Source: an uncultured Erysipelotrichaceae bacterium
GTDB taxonomy: Bacteria; Bacillota_I; Bacilli_A; RF39; UBA660
Direction: 5' to 3'
DNA: 46,394 bases
NCBI GenBank assembly: GCA_902776735.1
Contig: CACYRE010000001.1
Span: 1-46,394 of the forward strand
The translations under genes were made by a program, and so were the position numbers. Positions 10,207-19,375 of this stretch are shown here, piece after piece. The notes under the pieces were generated by a model. The model did no database searches. It was not told the DNA's origin and saw only the letters and a program-made list of their open reading frames with translations. Position 1 is the first letter of the stretch. Each line of letters opens with the position of its first letter.

Positions 10207-10563
10207 TTAAAATTTTATATCCATTTTATTTATTATCATATTACATATATTATCTAAATTTGGTTCTAATTGAAACCAGCCATCTATCTTATTAAAATTA
10301 TCTTCTTTAGAGAATAATCCACCTGCTTGAAATTCACGTTCAGATTTACTCCAATAGTGATACATTAATTCTCCCTTTATATAGTCTTTAAAAGAATTAT
10401 AGTCTGTAACTGGTTTCCAATTATCTTTCGCACCTTTTCTTATTTTCTTAGCTATTTCTTCTGGATAACCACTCCATCCAAAAACATTATGCATTATCAT
10501 TCTATCATTATTAAAATCATATTGTAATATATACCATTCTAGTTTTACATTTTTTATCTTCAT
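10207..10563 (-). CDS. Hypothetical phage protein
   Basis: 118-aa ORF in the operon; ELMYHYWSKSERE motif. Confidence 0.6.
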   Translation of the reverse strand: MKIKNVKLEWYILQYDFNNDRMIMHNVFGWSGYPEEIAKKIRKGAKDNWKPVTDYNSFKDYIKGELMYHYWSKSEREFQAGGLFSKEDNFNKIDGWFQLEPNLDNICNMIINKMDIKF

Positions 10564-10583
10564 AATTTACTACCAACTTTCTA

Positions 10584-11459
10584 TCAAAATCCTAGATTTT
10601 TAAAATAACTCTTTACATAATCTATATCTATCTGTAATTCATTAGCTAAACCTTGTACTCCATCTACTCCAAATTCTTCAGAAATAAAATCATCTAATGA
10701 CATATTAGGGTCAGTCTTTGCTGTTCTTTCTATTTCAGCTCTTAAACTTCCTTTAATATCTTCATCATCTAGAAATTTATTTACTCCAGCTTTAGAAGCA
10801 AAATAATCATTCATATAGCTATCATAAGTTTCATAATTAATTCTATTCTTTTTACGTTTAGCATCACCCATAAGTCTAGCTTTATGAAAGTTATTATATT
10901 GTTCTCCTGCTATATATTTCATCCAGTTATCAGAATCACTAGTCATTTGCTCATATAAATTTCCTGATTTAATTAAATCTACTACAGATAATAGATGCTT
11001 ACATAAAGCTCCTTGTAATCTAACATTATTTAATTGTGGAGCTCTAGTTTCAGGTTCTGAACCATAATCTCTGGTATAAGCCATATATTTAAATGCCCAA
11101 TACAAAAATGCTGGACAATCACAATATATTTTTATATCTTCTTGTTCTACTAATTGTTTAATTAAATCTGAATCTATTTTTTCATCTTGTAATTTTGAAC
11201 CTAAATCTGGAACTTCCAATGTTTGATACCAATAATTACCTGGACTAGTTTGACTTGAAGTTCTAAAATTATAAATTCCAAACTTACTAATACCTATATA
11301 ATCAGTATTTACAAAATCAGCTCTATCTGCTAATTTAGGGGTTTGACTTCTAGTTTTCTGTTCTAACTGTCCAAGTCTAGCTTCATTTAATTTTTTTCTA
11401 TTAAAATATTTTAAATTTACTTTAATAGAATTTTTATTTGACCTATTTTGTAATGACAT
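10584..11459 (-). CDS. SWIM zinc-finger protein
   Basis: IYCDCPAF...ALCKHLLSV (CxC...CxH); RBS AAGGGAG. Confidence 0.75.
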   Translation of the reverse strand: MSLQNRSNKNSIKVNLKYFNRKKLNEARLGQLEQKTRSQTPKLADRADFVNTDYIGISKFGIYNFRTSSQTSPGNYWYQTLEVPDLGSKLQDEKIDSDLIKQLVEQEDIKIYCDCPAFLYWAFKYMAYTRDYGSEPETRAPQLNNVRLQGALCKHLLSVVDLIKSGNLYEQMTSDSDNWMKYIAGEQYNNFHKARLMGDAKRKKNRINYETYDSYMNDYFASKAGVNKFLDDEDIKGSLRAEIERTAKTDPNMSLDDFISEEFGVDGVQGLANELQIDIDYVKSYFKNLGF

Positions 11460-11564
11460 TATATCTCCCTTCTAATTATATAGCTCAGAAACTTATCAGA
11501 ATAAAATCTGACAGTATTTCTGATACTAGCTATATAATTTTATTATTTAAAATAATAAACTCAT

Positions 11565-13526
11565 CTATGTTAATTCTCGTGTTTCATTTGATATTTCATC
11601 TTCAGTATTTTCTATATTATCTTCGTCAGACTCTTCACTATCAAATTCATTTTCTGTTTCGTCTTCATTTGATTCGTCATTATCTAAATCATTACCTGGT
11701 CCTGATATAATATCAGATGGACCTCCACCACCAAAACTTGGTCTATCATTTTTCAAGTCATTAGGATTTCCCTCTGTAGGTCCTTGAACAGGCATTGATT
11801 TTTCATCTTCTAATATTTTATCTAGTAGTACTGAACCAAAATACTCTTTTATTAATTGTTGTCTTGTTTTTTCATATCCTTCAGAATTAGCTGCAATATC
11901 TACTCCTAAATTACTTAAAGTTTCTAATACATTTTTTAATGTATCCATCTGTTTTTGTTTTAAATCAGCTCTAGACACATCTTCAGCAGAATTTACAGAA
12001 GTAAATACTATTTTAAAATCTGGTAATTCATTAAATGCTTTTTCAGTTCTAGTAAACTTAAGATATAATAAACATAAATCTTTTAATCCTTCTGCAACAA
12101 TTGATTGTATTCTAGTAATTGTTCTACTATATCTTATATCCATTCTTGTTAAAGAGGTGTCTCCTATACCACCTGGAAGACTTTCTGTAAATCCTAAGAA
12201 TGGAGCGGGTATTCTTAATCCAGCAAATAATTTATCTTTAAAATAATCTAAATCTACAGCATCATGAAGATTTACATCTCCTCCTACTGTTTTAACATCT
12301 ATAACTCCAACACCACTTCTAGTTGGTATAAATATACTATCACCTAAAGGTACTTGAGATAATGAAGAATTATAGATTTTTTCTCTAACATCTACAGTTT
12401 CATCCATTTTTATTTTATTTTTTAGTCTCTCTAAAGTTTCTTTAGTCTCTTTATTTCCTTTATTACCAACTTCAACGGAAAATATTCTATATAATATAGA
12501 ACGAGTCATACGAGTTAATAACAAAATATCTTCTAAAGCTGCTAGAACTTGCCAAGCAACCATCGCATTTTCAATAAAAGCTTCTCCTCTTTCTAAAGAA
12601 AAATGTTTCTTTTTATCTGCTGCTTCTCTAAATCCACCAACTTCAAAAGTAACTTTATGTTTTCCAGTATTATTTGAAAAATTAACAATTCTATCTGGCC
12701 TAATATATTTATCTGGATTATCTCTGTCCATATATGCAATTAATTTTTGTTTAGAAGTTAATTCATAAATATTAGTTCCATGACCTATCTCTTCAGTATA
12801 CCATCTACCTTTAACCATATTTTTAACATCTATTAAATTATCTTCTTTTAAAGATTTACTTTCTTTAATAATCTTTGTTCTATTTTTATCATTTGCTTTT
12901 CTAATACTTTCAAATATTGGACTTTTAATATCACAAATATCTTCTCCACTACTTTCCCAGTCTACTTTAAAATCATCTTTATAAATGCTATTATTTCCAA
13001 TAAATTCGTTTTCAAATAATGGAGTTATTTTACTAGTTAATTTTTCAAAATCCTTTTTTGCAGATTCTTTTAATTCTAATTTTTCATCTGCTAAAGTATC
13101 TGCAAAATCTAATTTAACTGGACAATTTCCATAAGAAAGCATTCTTTTTATTATAGGAATTAATTGTTTTTCCATTCTTAAATCAACTTTTAAAAATCTA
13201 TCTAATTCCATAGATAAACCTTTTGATAATTTTGACTCAACTGTATCATCTGGAGTATCTACTTCAATATGAAATATTTCTTTAGACTGTGGGTCTCTTT
13301 GTAATGAATCTTCAGTCCACATATCTATTGCTGATGATACAATAGAATCTTGTAGCATTCTTTCTATTAAAGTATCATTATTAGTATAATTAGAATCTAA
13401 AATTCTCATACCTTGAATAAAATTATACATACTAACCCCGTTAGATGTATTAGTTCCAGCATATTCTTTTAAGTAACCTGCAGAATCTACAGGTTTTTCT
13501 TTAGCTTTTCTATTAAATAAAGGCAT
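11565..13526 (-). CDS. Portal protein (gp20-like)
   Basis: LEDILLLTRMTRS..YRIFSVEVGN, IFIPTR, GGDVN...DLDYFKDKLFAGLRIP, DIRYSRTITRIQ. Start reassigned to MPLFNR (13526) behind RBS AAAGGAG. Confidence 0.92.
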   Translation of the reverse strand: MPLFNRKAKEKPVDSAGYLKEYAGTNTSNGVSMYNFIQGMRILDSNYTNNDTLIERMLQDSIVSSAIDMWTEDSLQRDPQSKEIFHIEVDTPDDTVESKLSKGLSMELDRFLKVDLRMEKQLIPIIKRMLSYGNCPVKLDFADTLADEKLELKESAKKDFEKLTSKITPLFENEFIGNNSIYKDDFKVDWESSGEDICDIKSPIFESIRKANDKNRTKIIKESKSLKEDNLIDVKNMVKGRWYTEEIGHGTNIYELTSKQKLIAYMDRDNPDKYIRPDRIVNFSNNTGKHKVTFEVGGFREAADKKKHFSLERGEAFIENAMVAWQVLAALEDILLLTRMTRSILYRIFSVEVGNKGNKETKETLERLKNKIKMDETVDVREKIYNSSLSQVPLGDSIFIPTRSGVGVIDVKTVGGDVNLHDAVDLDYFKDKLFAGLRIPAPFLGFTESLPGGIGDTSLTRMDIRYSRTITRIQSIVAEGLKDLCLLYLKFTRTEKAFNELPDFKIVFTSVNSAEDVSRADLKQKQMDTLKNVLETLSNLGVDIAANSEGYEKTRQQLIKEYFGSVLLDKILEDEKSMPVQGPTEGNPNDLKNDRPSFGGGGPSDIISGPGNDLDNDESNEDETENEFDSEESDEDNIENTEDEISNETRELT

Positions 13527-13539
13527 TATAATCTCCTTT

Positions 13540-14011
13540 CTATTTAAGTACTCTACCAATTTTAGGTTTAGTTCCTAAAATATCTTCTAAATAATTTATT
13601 TTATCTAATAAATCATAAAACTTTCTTGATTTAATTTCATTATTTTTATCATTATAATTTGATAATTGTTTATAAAGTCTATCTAGATAAACCTCTAATT
13701 CATCTTTTGATTTATTTGACATTTGGTTTTGCCATAATTTATCTATAGATTCTGTTATTAAATGGTCGTTGTAATAAAAATTTGCTAAATCTTGAGTTAA
13801 TTCTCTTTTAGTCCATCCGTTCTTCTTTAAATCTATCGAAATATTTCTGATAAAAGTTGCCTTTTCTATTATAAATAATATTTTCAGCTGATTCAGTTTT
13901 ATCATCTTTACTTATAAATTCATTAATTTCTTCTTTAGTTAAGAAATTATTCCAGTCTATACTAGCTTTTTCATTTAATATATTACTAATTATATTTTGA
14001 CCAATATTCAT
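13540..14011 (-). CDS. Hypothetical head-region protein, about 156 aa, joined by a +1 shift at CGG (13817-13819)
   Basis: The upstream ORF has RBS AGGAGG and reads GAA GAA CGG ATG GAC TAA. Skipping the C gives ...FKEE-GWTKRELTQDL..., continuing into ORF 13540..13905, which has no RBS of its own. Confidence 0.6.
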
Positions 14012-14051
14012 AACTTCCTCCTTCTATAATAATATATAACTTTTGTACATT

Positions 14052-15858
14052 CTACACTTCAAATAAAATATCAATATCTTTCTCAACTAATTGAGTTAAG
14101 AAAGCATCAGATTTTACAGCATTATATAAACTTCCAGCAACAGAGTCTGATGTATCTTTACCACCTCCAGATGGATGGTCTACTTTCCTTCTCTCCCTTA
14201 AATGAACTAAATTAAATAATTCCTTTTCAAATATTTCATTATATGGAAATTGTACATTATTTTCATATAAATAATCTACTAAAAGTAAATATGCTTCATC
14301 TGTTTTATCAACAGATTGATATTTTACAGGAAAATTAGCTTTTTCTAATTCTTGCATACTTTCTTGAGATTGATACTGGTCATAAGAAATCATTCCCCAA
14401 TTTATTCCTTTATTTTGCGAAAGCCATGGAATTAAACTTCTCACTTTCGCTATATCTATTTTAGCTGGAGGTCTTGGTGGTATTATTGTAATAATAAAAT
14501 CAAACTTTACCTTTAGTGTTACAGTTTCATCATCATTTATTATAATGTCATCTATAAAACAGCTTGACATTCCATAATGGTCATTAGCAATACCTTGGTC
14601 ACAATGCATAAATCTTAATTTTTCTGGTTGTTCTGGTTGCCACTTAGAATTAATATAATCTTGTGGTTTAGTTTCTAATTTTGTTGAAATTATAAATGTA
14701 TCTTTTGTAAAAGCTGGAATTTCTGGAATATATAAAGCTTGATTAAAATGTTCTTTACTATTAAATAATTTTCCTTGACCTGCTACAGTCATACCAGCAA
14801 TATCCTGAATTGATTGTAATAAATTTTGTTTAAAATCAGTTAAAAAGTCTATAGGAACTTCTACAATTTGGTTTCTTAATTCTATTGGAATAAATTCTAT
14901 TGCTTCTTTAACTGACATTTCATCGACTCTATCCATTCCTAAAGAATCTAAAATATTATTTACCTCTATATAACTATCTAAAATAATAGGGTCTATTTCA
15001 CCAGAACCACAAAATACATAAAATCTCTCTTTACTATAATTCTGTGGTTTAACATCCCAAGTTCTAGCATTTACTACATAAACATGTGGGTCTCCTTCTG
15101 TTTCTTTTAATCTTTGATTTGTAAATGAACTATCAAATGTTGTTGAAGAAACAAGTATACTCATAGAGTGATTTTCACCGTTAACCATAAAACGTGATTT
15201 TCCGTCTATTTCTTGTTTCTGTATAAATTTGTTTAGCTTTATCTTGAACTTGTAAAGCTTCAGCAGTTATTTTTTCTGTTTTACTATAAAAGTTTGCTTC
15301 GTCAAGTACTGACCCAATTAAGTTAGTTCCTATTGTATGTTGAGTTCCAGAAGCAAATCTTACCATCATATTAGACTGAGGCCAAACAATTTCACTATCT
15401 TTCTTTTGATTTCTTGTAAAATGGTCTTGAAAATATGGACAATTATCTATCATTTCTTTTAATTGTCCATAACCAGTTAATAATGCTTGTCCTAAATTTA
15501 AATTAAAATAAGCCATCATTATTTTAGAACTTGCCATTAAATTAAATAAAGCTGGAATATTACTATAGCAAGACAATTCATATATTCTTCTTAAAAGAAT
15601 AATATTAGCTATGGTCGTTTTACCAGTTCCTAAACCTCCTGTCAATATAACCTCATTTATTTTAACAGGATTATTAAATATATTTATTATATGTTGTTTC
15701 CAATATGGATATATAGATAAAGCGTCTGGACCTACATAATATTCACTTTCAATCCATTCTTCTATAGGTACAATATCTCTAAGTCTAGCAGACTTCTTTT
15801 CTTCATCTTTCATATCTATTAAAGTATTAACTAAAGTTTCTAATGAATTTTGCTGCAT
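14052..15858 (-). CDS. terL: Terminase large subunit, about 601 aa, interrupted by a +1 shift at CGG (15202-15204)
   Basis: N-part has Walker A GGLGTGKT and Walker B VLDEANF. C-part has ILVSST (motif III) and nuclease motifs FMHCDQG, SYDQYQS, KVDHPSGGGKDTSDSVAG. Skipping the C yields RNR-GKSRF-MVNGEN. Confidence 0.9.
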
Positions 15859-15908
15859 AAAAATCTCCTCCTAACATCTAATAAAATATATAGAAAGGAA
15901 ACATAAAT

Positions 15909-15934
15909 AAAGACTAGATTTAAATCTAGTCTTT
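15909..15934 (-). terminator. Palindromic hairpin at the end of folD
   Basis: AAAGACTAGATT-TA-AATCTAGTCTTT. Confidence 0.55.
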
Positions 15935-16807
15935 AATAAAATTTTTATTTAATGCTTGAGTTACAGTATTACTTATTAAATTTGCTACAGTTAATGGACC
16001 GACTCCTCCAGGTACTGGAGTAATAAATCTAGTTTCATTATATCCAGTTTCTTCCAGTTTTTCCCAATATTCAACTATATCATTATAATTACAATCTCCA
16101 CATAATTTTCCATCTACTTTATTTATACCTACGTCAATAATACACATACATTTAGATGTTAAATATGAACTATCAATATAATTAGCCTTTCCTATAGCAA
16201 CTATAACTATATCAGCATTAGAAGTGTAAAATTTTAAATTTTTAGTCTTACTATGACATATAGTAATAGTAGCATCTTTATTTAAAGCAGCAAGTGCCAT
16301 AGGTTTACCAACTATATTACTTCTTCCAATAATAACGATATTTTTTCCTTTTAAATCAATATTATAATAATTAAATAAATCTAAAATACCACTTGGAGTA
16401 CATGGAATTATTTCATTATATCCTGAAACTAACTTACCTAAATTTTCAAATGTAAAACCATCAACATCTTTTTCAGGTGAAATAAATTGTTCTATCCCTT
16501 CTAAATGTTCTGGAAGAGGTTTTTGAACTATTATTCCAGTTACAAAAGGTTCAGCATTTATTTTTTCAATAAATTGTATTGCGTCATCAAATTTTGTATC
16601 TTCTGAAAATTTATAATGTTGAAAATTGATTCCTACTTTTTCACAAGCTTTCTTTTTATTTTTAATATAAACATTAGAAGCTTCATTATTACCAATTTGA
16701 ATAACTACTAATGTAATATTATTTTCGTGTTCTATAAGATTTAAATTCTCTTTTAATTTATCATATATGTTATTTGCTAATTCTTTTCCATTTAATTGAA
16801 CTATCAT
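15926..16807 (-). CDS. folD: Methylene-THF dehydrogenase/cyclohydrolase FolD
   Basis: YIKNK, GIIVQKPLP, EKDVDGF, PCTPSG, IGRSNIVGKP, IIDVGIN, ITPVPGGVGPLTVA. Confidence 0.96.
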   Translation of the reverse strand: MIVQLNGKELANNIYDKLKENLNLIEHENNITLVVIQIGNNEASNVYIKNKKKACEKVGINFQHYKFSEDTKFDDAIQFIEKINAEPFVTGIIVQKPLPEHLEGIEQFISPEKDVDGFTFENLGKLVSGYNEIIPCTPSGILDLFNYYNIDLKGKNIVIIGRSNIVGKPMALAALNKDATITICHSKTKNLKFYTSNADIVIVAIGKANYIDSSYLTSKCMCIIDVGINKVDGKLCGDCNYNDIVEYWEKLEETGYNETRFITPVPGGVGPLTVANLISNTVTQALNKNFIKD

Positions 16808-16820
16808 ATAATAATCCTTT

Positions 16821-17534
16821 CTAATTAGCTAAAGCTTTAATTATAAAACATATTCCGTAAGATGGTGGTCTAACATCTATTGTTTCTGTTATTGTTTTAT
16901 GTGATGGATATGTTATAGTCATTTTTCCACCTGAAGAAGTAGTACCCGCTTCTTTTGTATAAATACCATCTTTATATCCATCAACGTCAGCTAGTGTTCC
17001 ATTACCATAATTACCTCCATAAAAACAATGAGCATAAGCTGCATATTTTATAGTGCTACTTCCAAAAGTTTTACCACCATCAACACCAGGAGTAGCATAA
17101 TATTTACCACCTGGATTAACACTATTACGGTCAAAACCTCTCGCGTTTAACTCATGAGTATGTTTTCTTAATGGTACTGTAAAATCTTTAGAATCTATTG
17201 AATGTTCTGGAGTTATTGATAATGAAAAGCTAGTACTACCAATTACTTCTCCTATATCTAATCCCGTATTACCATTTATATTCTGCAAAGCAGACCTACT
17301 AGGACTATATCCTCTTCCTGCCGGAATTACTCCTCTCATATCTGGTAAAGTTACACTTTGAGCGGTATCTGAACCAGATAAAGTTTTAACTAAATCAGGA
17401 TAAGTAGATGCTTGAACGGTTTGACCCGTGCACTCTAACCACCCCGTTGGTATTGAATTTGTATGCCACATTATAATACCTCCAATTGGACAATCAGAAA
17501 TATTTAATGCAGGACCGTTTACACTAACACTCAT
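16821..17534 (-). CDS. Tail-collar domain protein (short tail fibre-like)
   Basis: PIGGIIMW....IPTGWLECTGQ......YPDL...LPDMRG and C-terminal RPPSYGICFIIKA. Confidence 0.85.
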   Translation of the reverse strand: MSVSVNGPALNISDCPIGGIIMWHTNSIPTGWLECTGQTVQASTYPDLVKTLSGSDTAQSVTLPDMRGVIPAGRGYSPSRSALQNINGNTGLDIGEVIGSTSFSLSITPEHSIDSKDFTVPLRKHTHELNARGFDRNSVNPGGKYYATPGVDGGKTFGSSTIKYAAYAHCFYGGNYGNGTLADVDGYKDGIYTKEAGTTSSGGKMTITYPSHKTITETIDVRPPSYGICFIIKALAN

Positions 17535-17623
17535 ATTGTAAATCTCCTTTCAAACTATCTAATTTAATATATAAAGTGTTAGTAATTTATTATTATGATT
17601 TACCAGAATTCTCACAGAGACAT

Positions 17624-19087
17624 TTATTTTTTATATTTAATATTTTTATCACCTAATAATTTATTTTCAGTATAATTATTAACTAACTCTTTTAAATCTA
17701 TTCCTAAACTATCTTTTGCCACATTAATAATTTTATCAATTTTTTGAGTATTCTCTTCAACTAATTTAGTAGACTGGTCTCCATACATAGTTATGTTATT
17801 AATATTAGAAAGTGGGGCTGAAACTTCTTTTGCAACTTCTGGTAATATTTTACAAATCATTTCTACAATAGAAGCTTCTTTCATTTTAGCTTGTGCTTCT
17901 GCTTTCTTTTCTATTCCTTTTGCTTCAGCAATTCCTTTAGCTTCTATACCAGCAGCTTCAGCCTCTAATTTAGCTCTAATACCATCTGCTTCAGCTAATG
18001 ATTTAGCTTTTATTGCTTCAGCTTCTAGCATTGCAGCTTCTTTATTTGCTTTTGCAAGTTCTATCTTAGCTTCAGCTTCTTGTTTTGCAGTTTCTAATGC
18101 AGCTTCAGCATTTTTTATAGTAACTTGTTTTTGTGCTTGTGCTTCTGTTTCTGCTTTATATCTTTCAGCATCAGCTTGTTTTCTTACTTCTGCATCCAAT
18201 TGTTTTTCTTTTAAATTTACTTGTCTTTCTTTTAGTTCAGTTTCTTTTTCAGTTTTTACAATCTCAGCTAAAACTGTGTTTTCATTAATTAATTTTTGTC
18301 TTTCTGCTTTTTGTATTTCATAAACCGTATCTGCTTCAGCTTTCTTTTTATCCTGTTCAATTTGATACTCATATTGTTTTAAAGCTAAATCCTTATTTTG
18401 TTTTGCTATTTCAGCGTCGGCTTGTGCCTTTGCTTCATTACCTTCTTTTGCAGCATTTGCTTGCGCTACTTGTACGTCTCTATCTGCTTGAGCTTTTGCT
18501 ATTTTAGCATCTTTTTGAATTTTAGATAAATTATCTATTCCTAAATCATTAATAGCGTTATTCTCATCAGTACAAGATTGAACATTTAAATTTACTATTT
18601 CTAAACCTATATTATTAATATCATCTTTTGCATTTTCTTGAATTTTTTGAGAGAATAATTGTTTATTATTAACTAATTCTTTCAAATTCATTTGTCCTAT
18701 AATCTCTCTCATATTCCCTTCAAGAACTTCTCTTACATTTCTAGCAATATAATCTGAATCTTGATTTAAAAAATGTCTTGCTGCTACTTTTATTAAATCA
18801 GAATTATTTGGAATTCTAACATTTGCAACAGCATCAACATCAACATTAATAAAATCTGTTGTTGGAACTCTCGATGTCTTAATGTCTATTTGAATTAATT
18901 CTAATGTTAATCTATCTACCCTTTCAAAAAATGGTATTCTTAAAGAAGCTCTACCTATAATCACCTTAGGTTCTTTCTTTAATCCAGATATTAAAAATGC
19001 CATATCTGGTGGACATTTTACATAACTTAAAAATAAAAATATTATTAATAATAAAATAATAATTCCTATAATTATTGCTGTAATCAT
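17624..19087 (-). CDS. Flotillin/SPFH-domain membrane protein
   Basis: N-terminal TM helix; VPTTDFINVDVDAVA, EVLEGNMREIIG, GLEIVNLNVQ; AEA-rich flotillin coiled coil. Confidence 0.92.
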   Translation of the reverse strand: MITAIIIGIIILLLIIFLFLSYVKCPPDMAFLISGLKKEPKVIIGRASLRIPFFERVDRLTLELIQIDIKTSRVPTTDFINVDVDAVANVRIPNNSDLIKVAARHFLNQDSDYIARNVREVLEGNMREIIGQMNLKELVNNKQLFSQKIQENAKDDINNIGLEIVNLNVQSCTDENNAINDLGIDNLSKIQKDAKIAKAQADRDVQVAQANAAKEGNEAKAQADAEIAKQNKDLALKQYEYQIEQDKKKAEADTVYEIQKAERQKLINENTVLAEIVKTEKETELKERQVNLKEKQLDAEVRKQADAERYKAETEAQAQKQVTIKNAEAALETAKQEAEAKIELAKANKEAAMLEAEAIKAKSLAEADGIRAKLEAEAAGIEAKGIAEAKGIEKKAEAQAKMKEASIVEMICKILPEVAKEVSAPLSNINNITMYGDQSTKLVEENTQKIDKIINVAKDSLGIDLKELVNNYTENKLLGDKNIKYKK

Positions 19088-19100
19088 TTCTATAAACCCC

Positions 19101-19355
19101 CTATTCTACTATTTTCCAGTCTTCAGATAACATATCTGCTTGACTTGCTAGCCATCCAACTTGAACTCCTGATGTCCCAACAAATGCGATAGCTTTATTT
19201 CCCATTGTATCATGCTCAGCATTAATAATATCATTATTTGTATTCTTATAACTGATAAATTCTGCAAGTTCTATATATTGATTTTTACCATTCCATCCTT
19301 CTCTTTGAACTCGTTTACCATTTTTTAATGCTTCTAAAGCTTCTCCAAAATTCAT
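19101..19355 (-). CDS. DUF2829 protein (Tad2-like signalling-nucleotide sponge)
   Basis: MNFGEALEALKNGKRV.REGWNGK...GWLASQADMLSEDW family signature. Confidence 0.85.
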   Translation of the reverse strand: MNFGEALEALKNGKRVQREGWNGKNQYIELAEFISYKNTNNDIINAEHDTMGNKAIAFVGTSGVQVGWLASQADMLSEDWKIVE

Positions 19356-19375
19356 ATATAACCTCCTATAATAAA

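Noticed and set aside
11438-11710. Plus-strand 90-aa ORF
   Set aside because: Antisense to the acidic portal C-terminus; no RBS; implausible composition.
15181-15270. Intron or intein in the terminase
   Set aside because: The two halves overlap with no intervening sequence; a single extra base explains the break.
17793-18323. Plus-strand 176-aa ORF
   Set aside because: Antisense shadow of the Ala/Glu-rich flotillin coiled coil.
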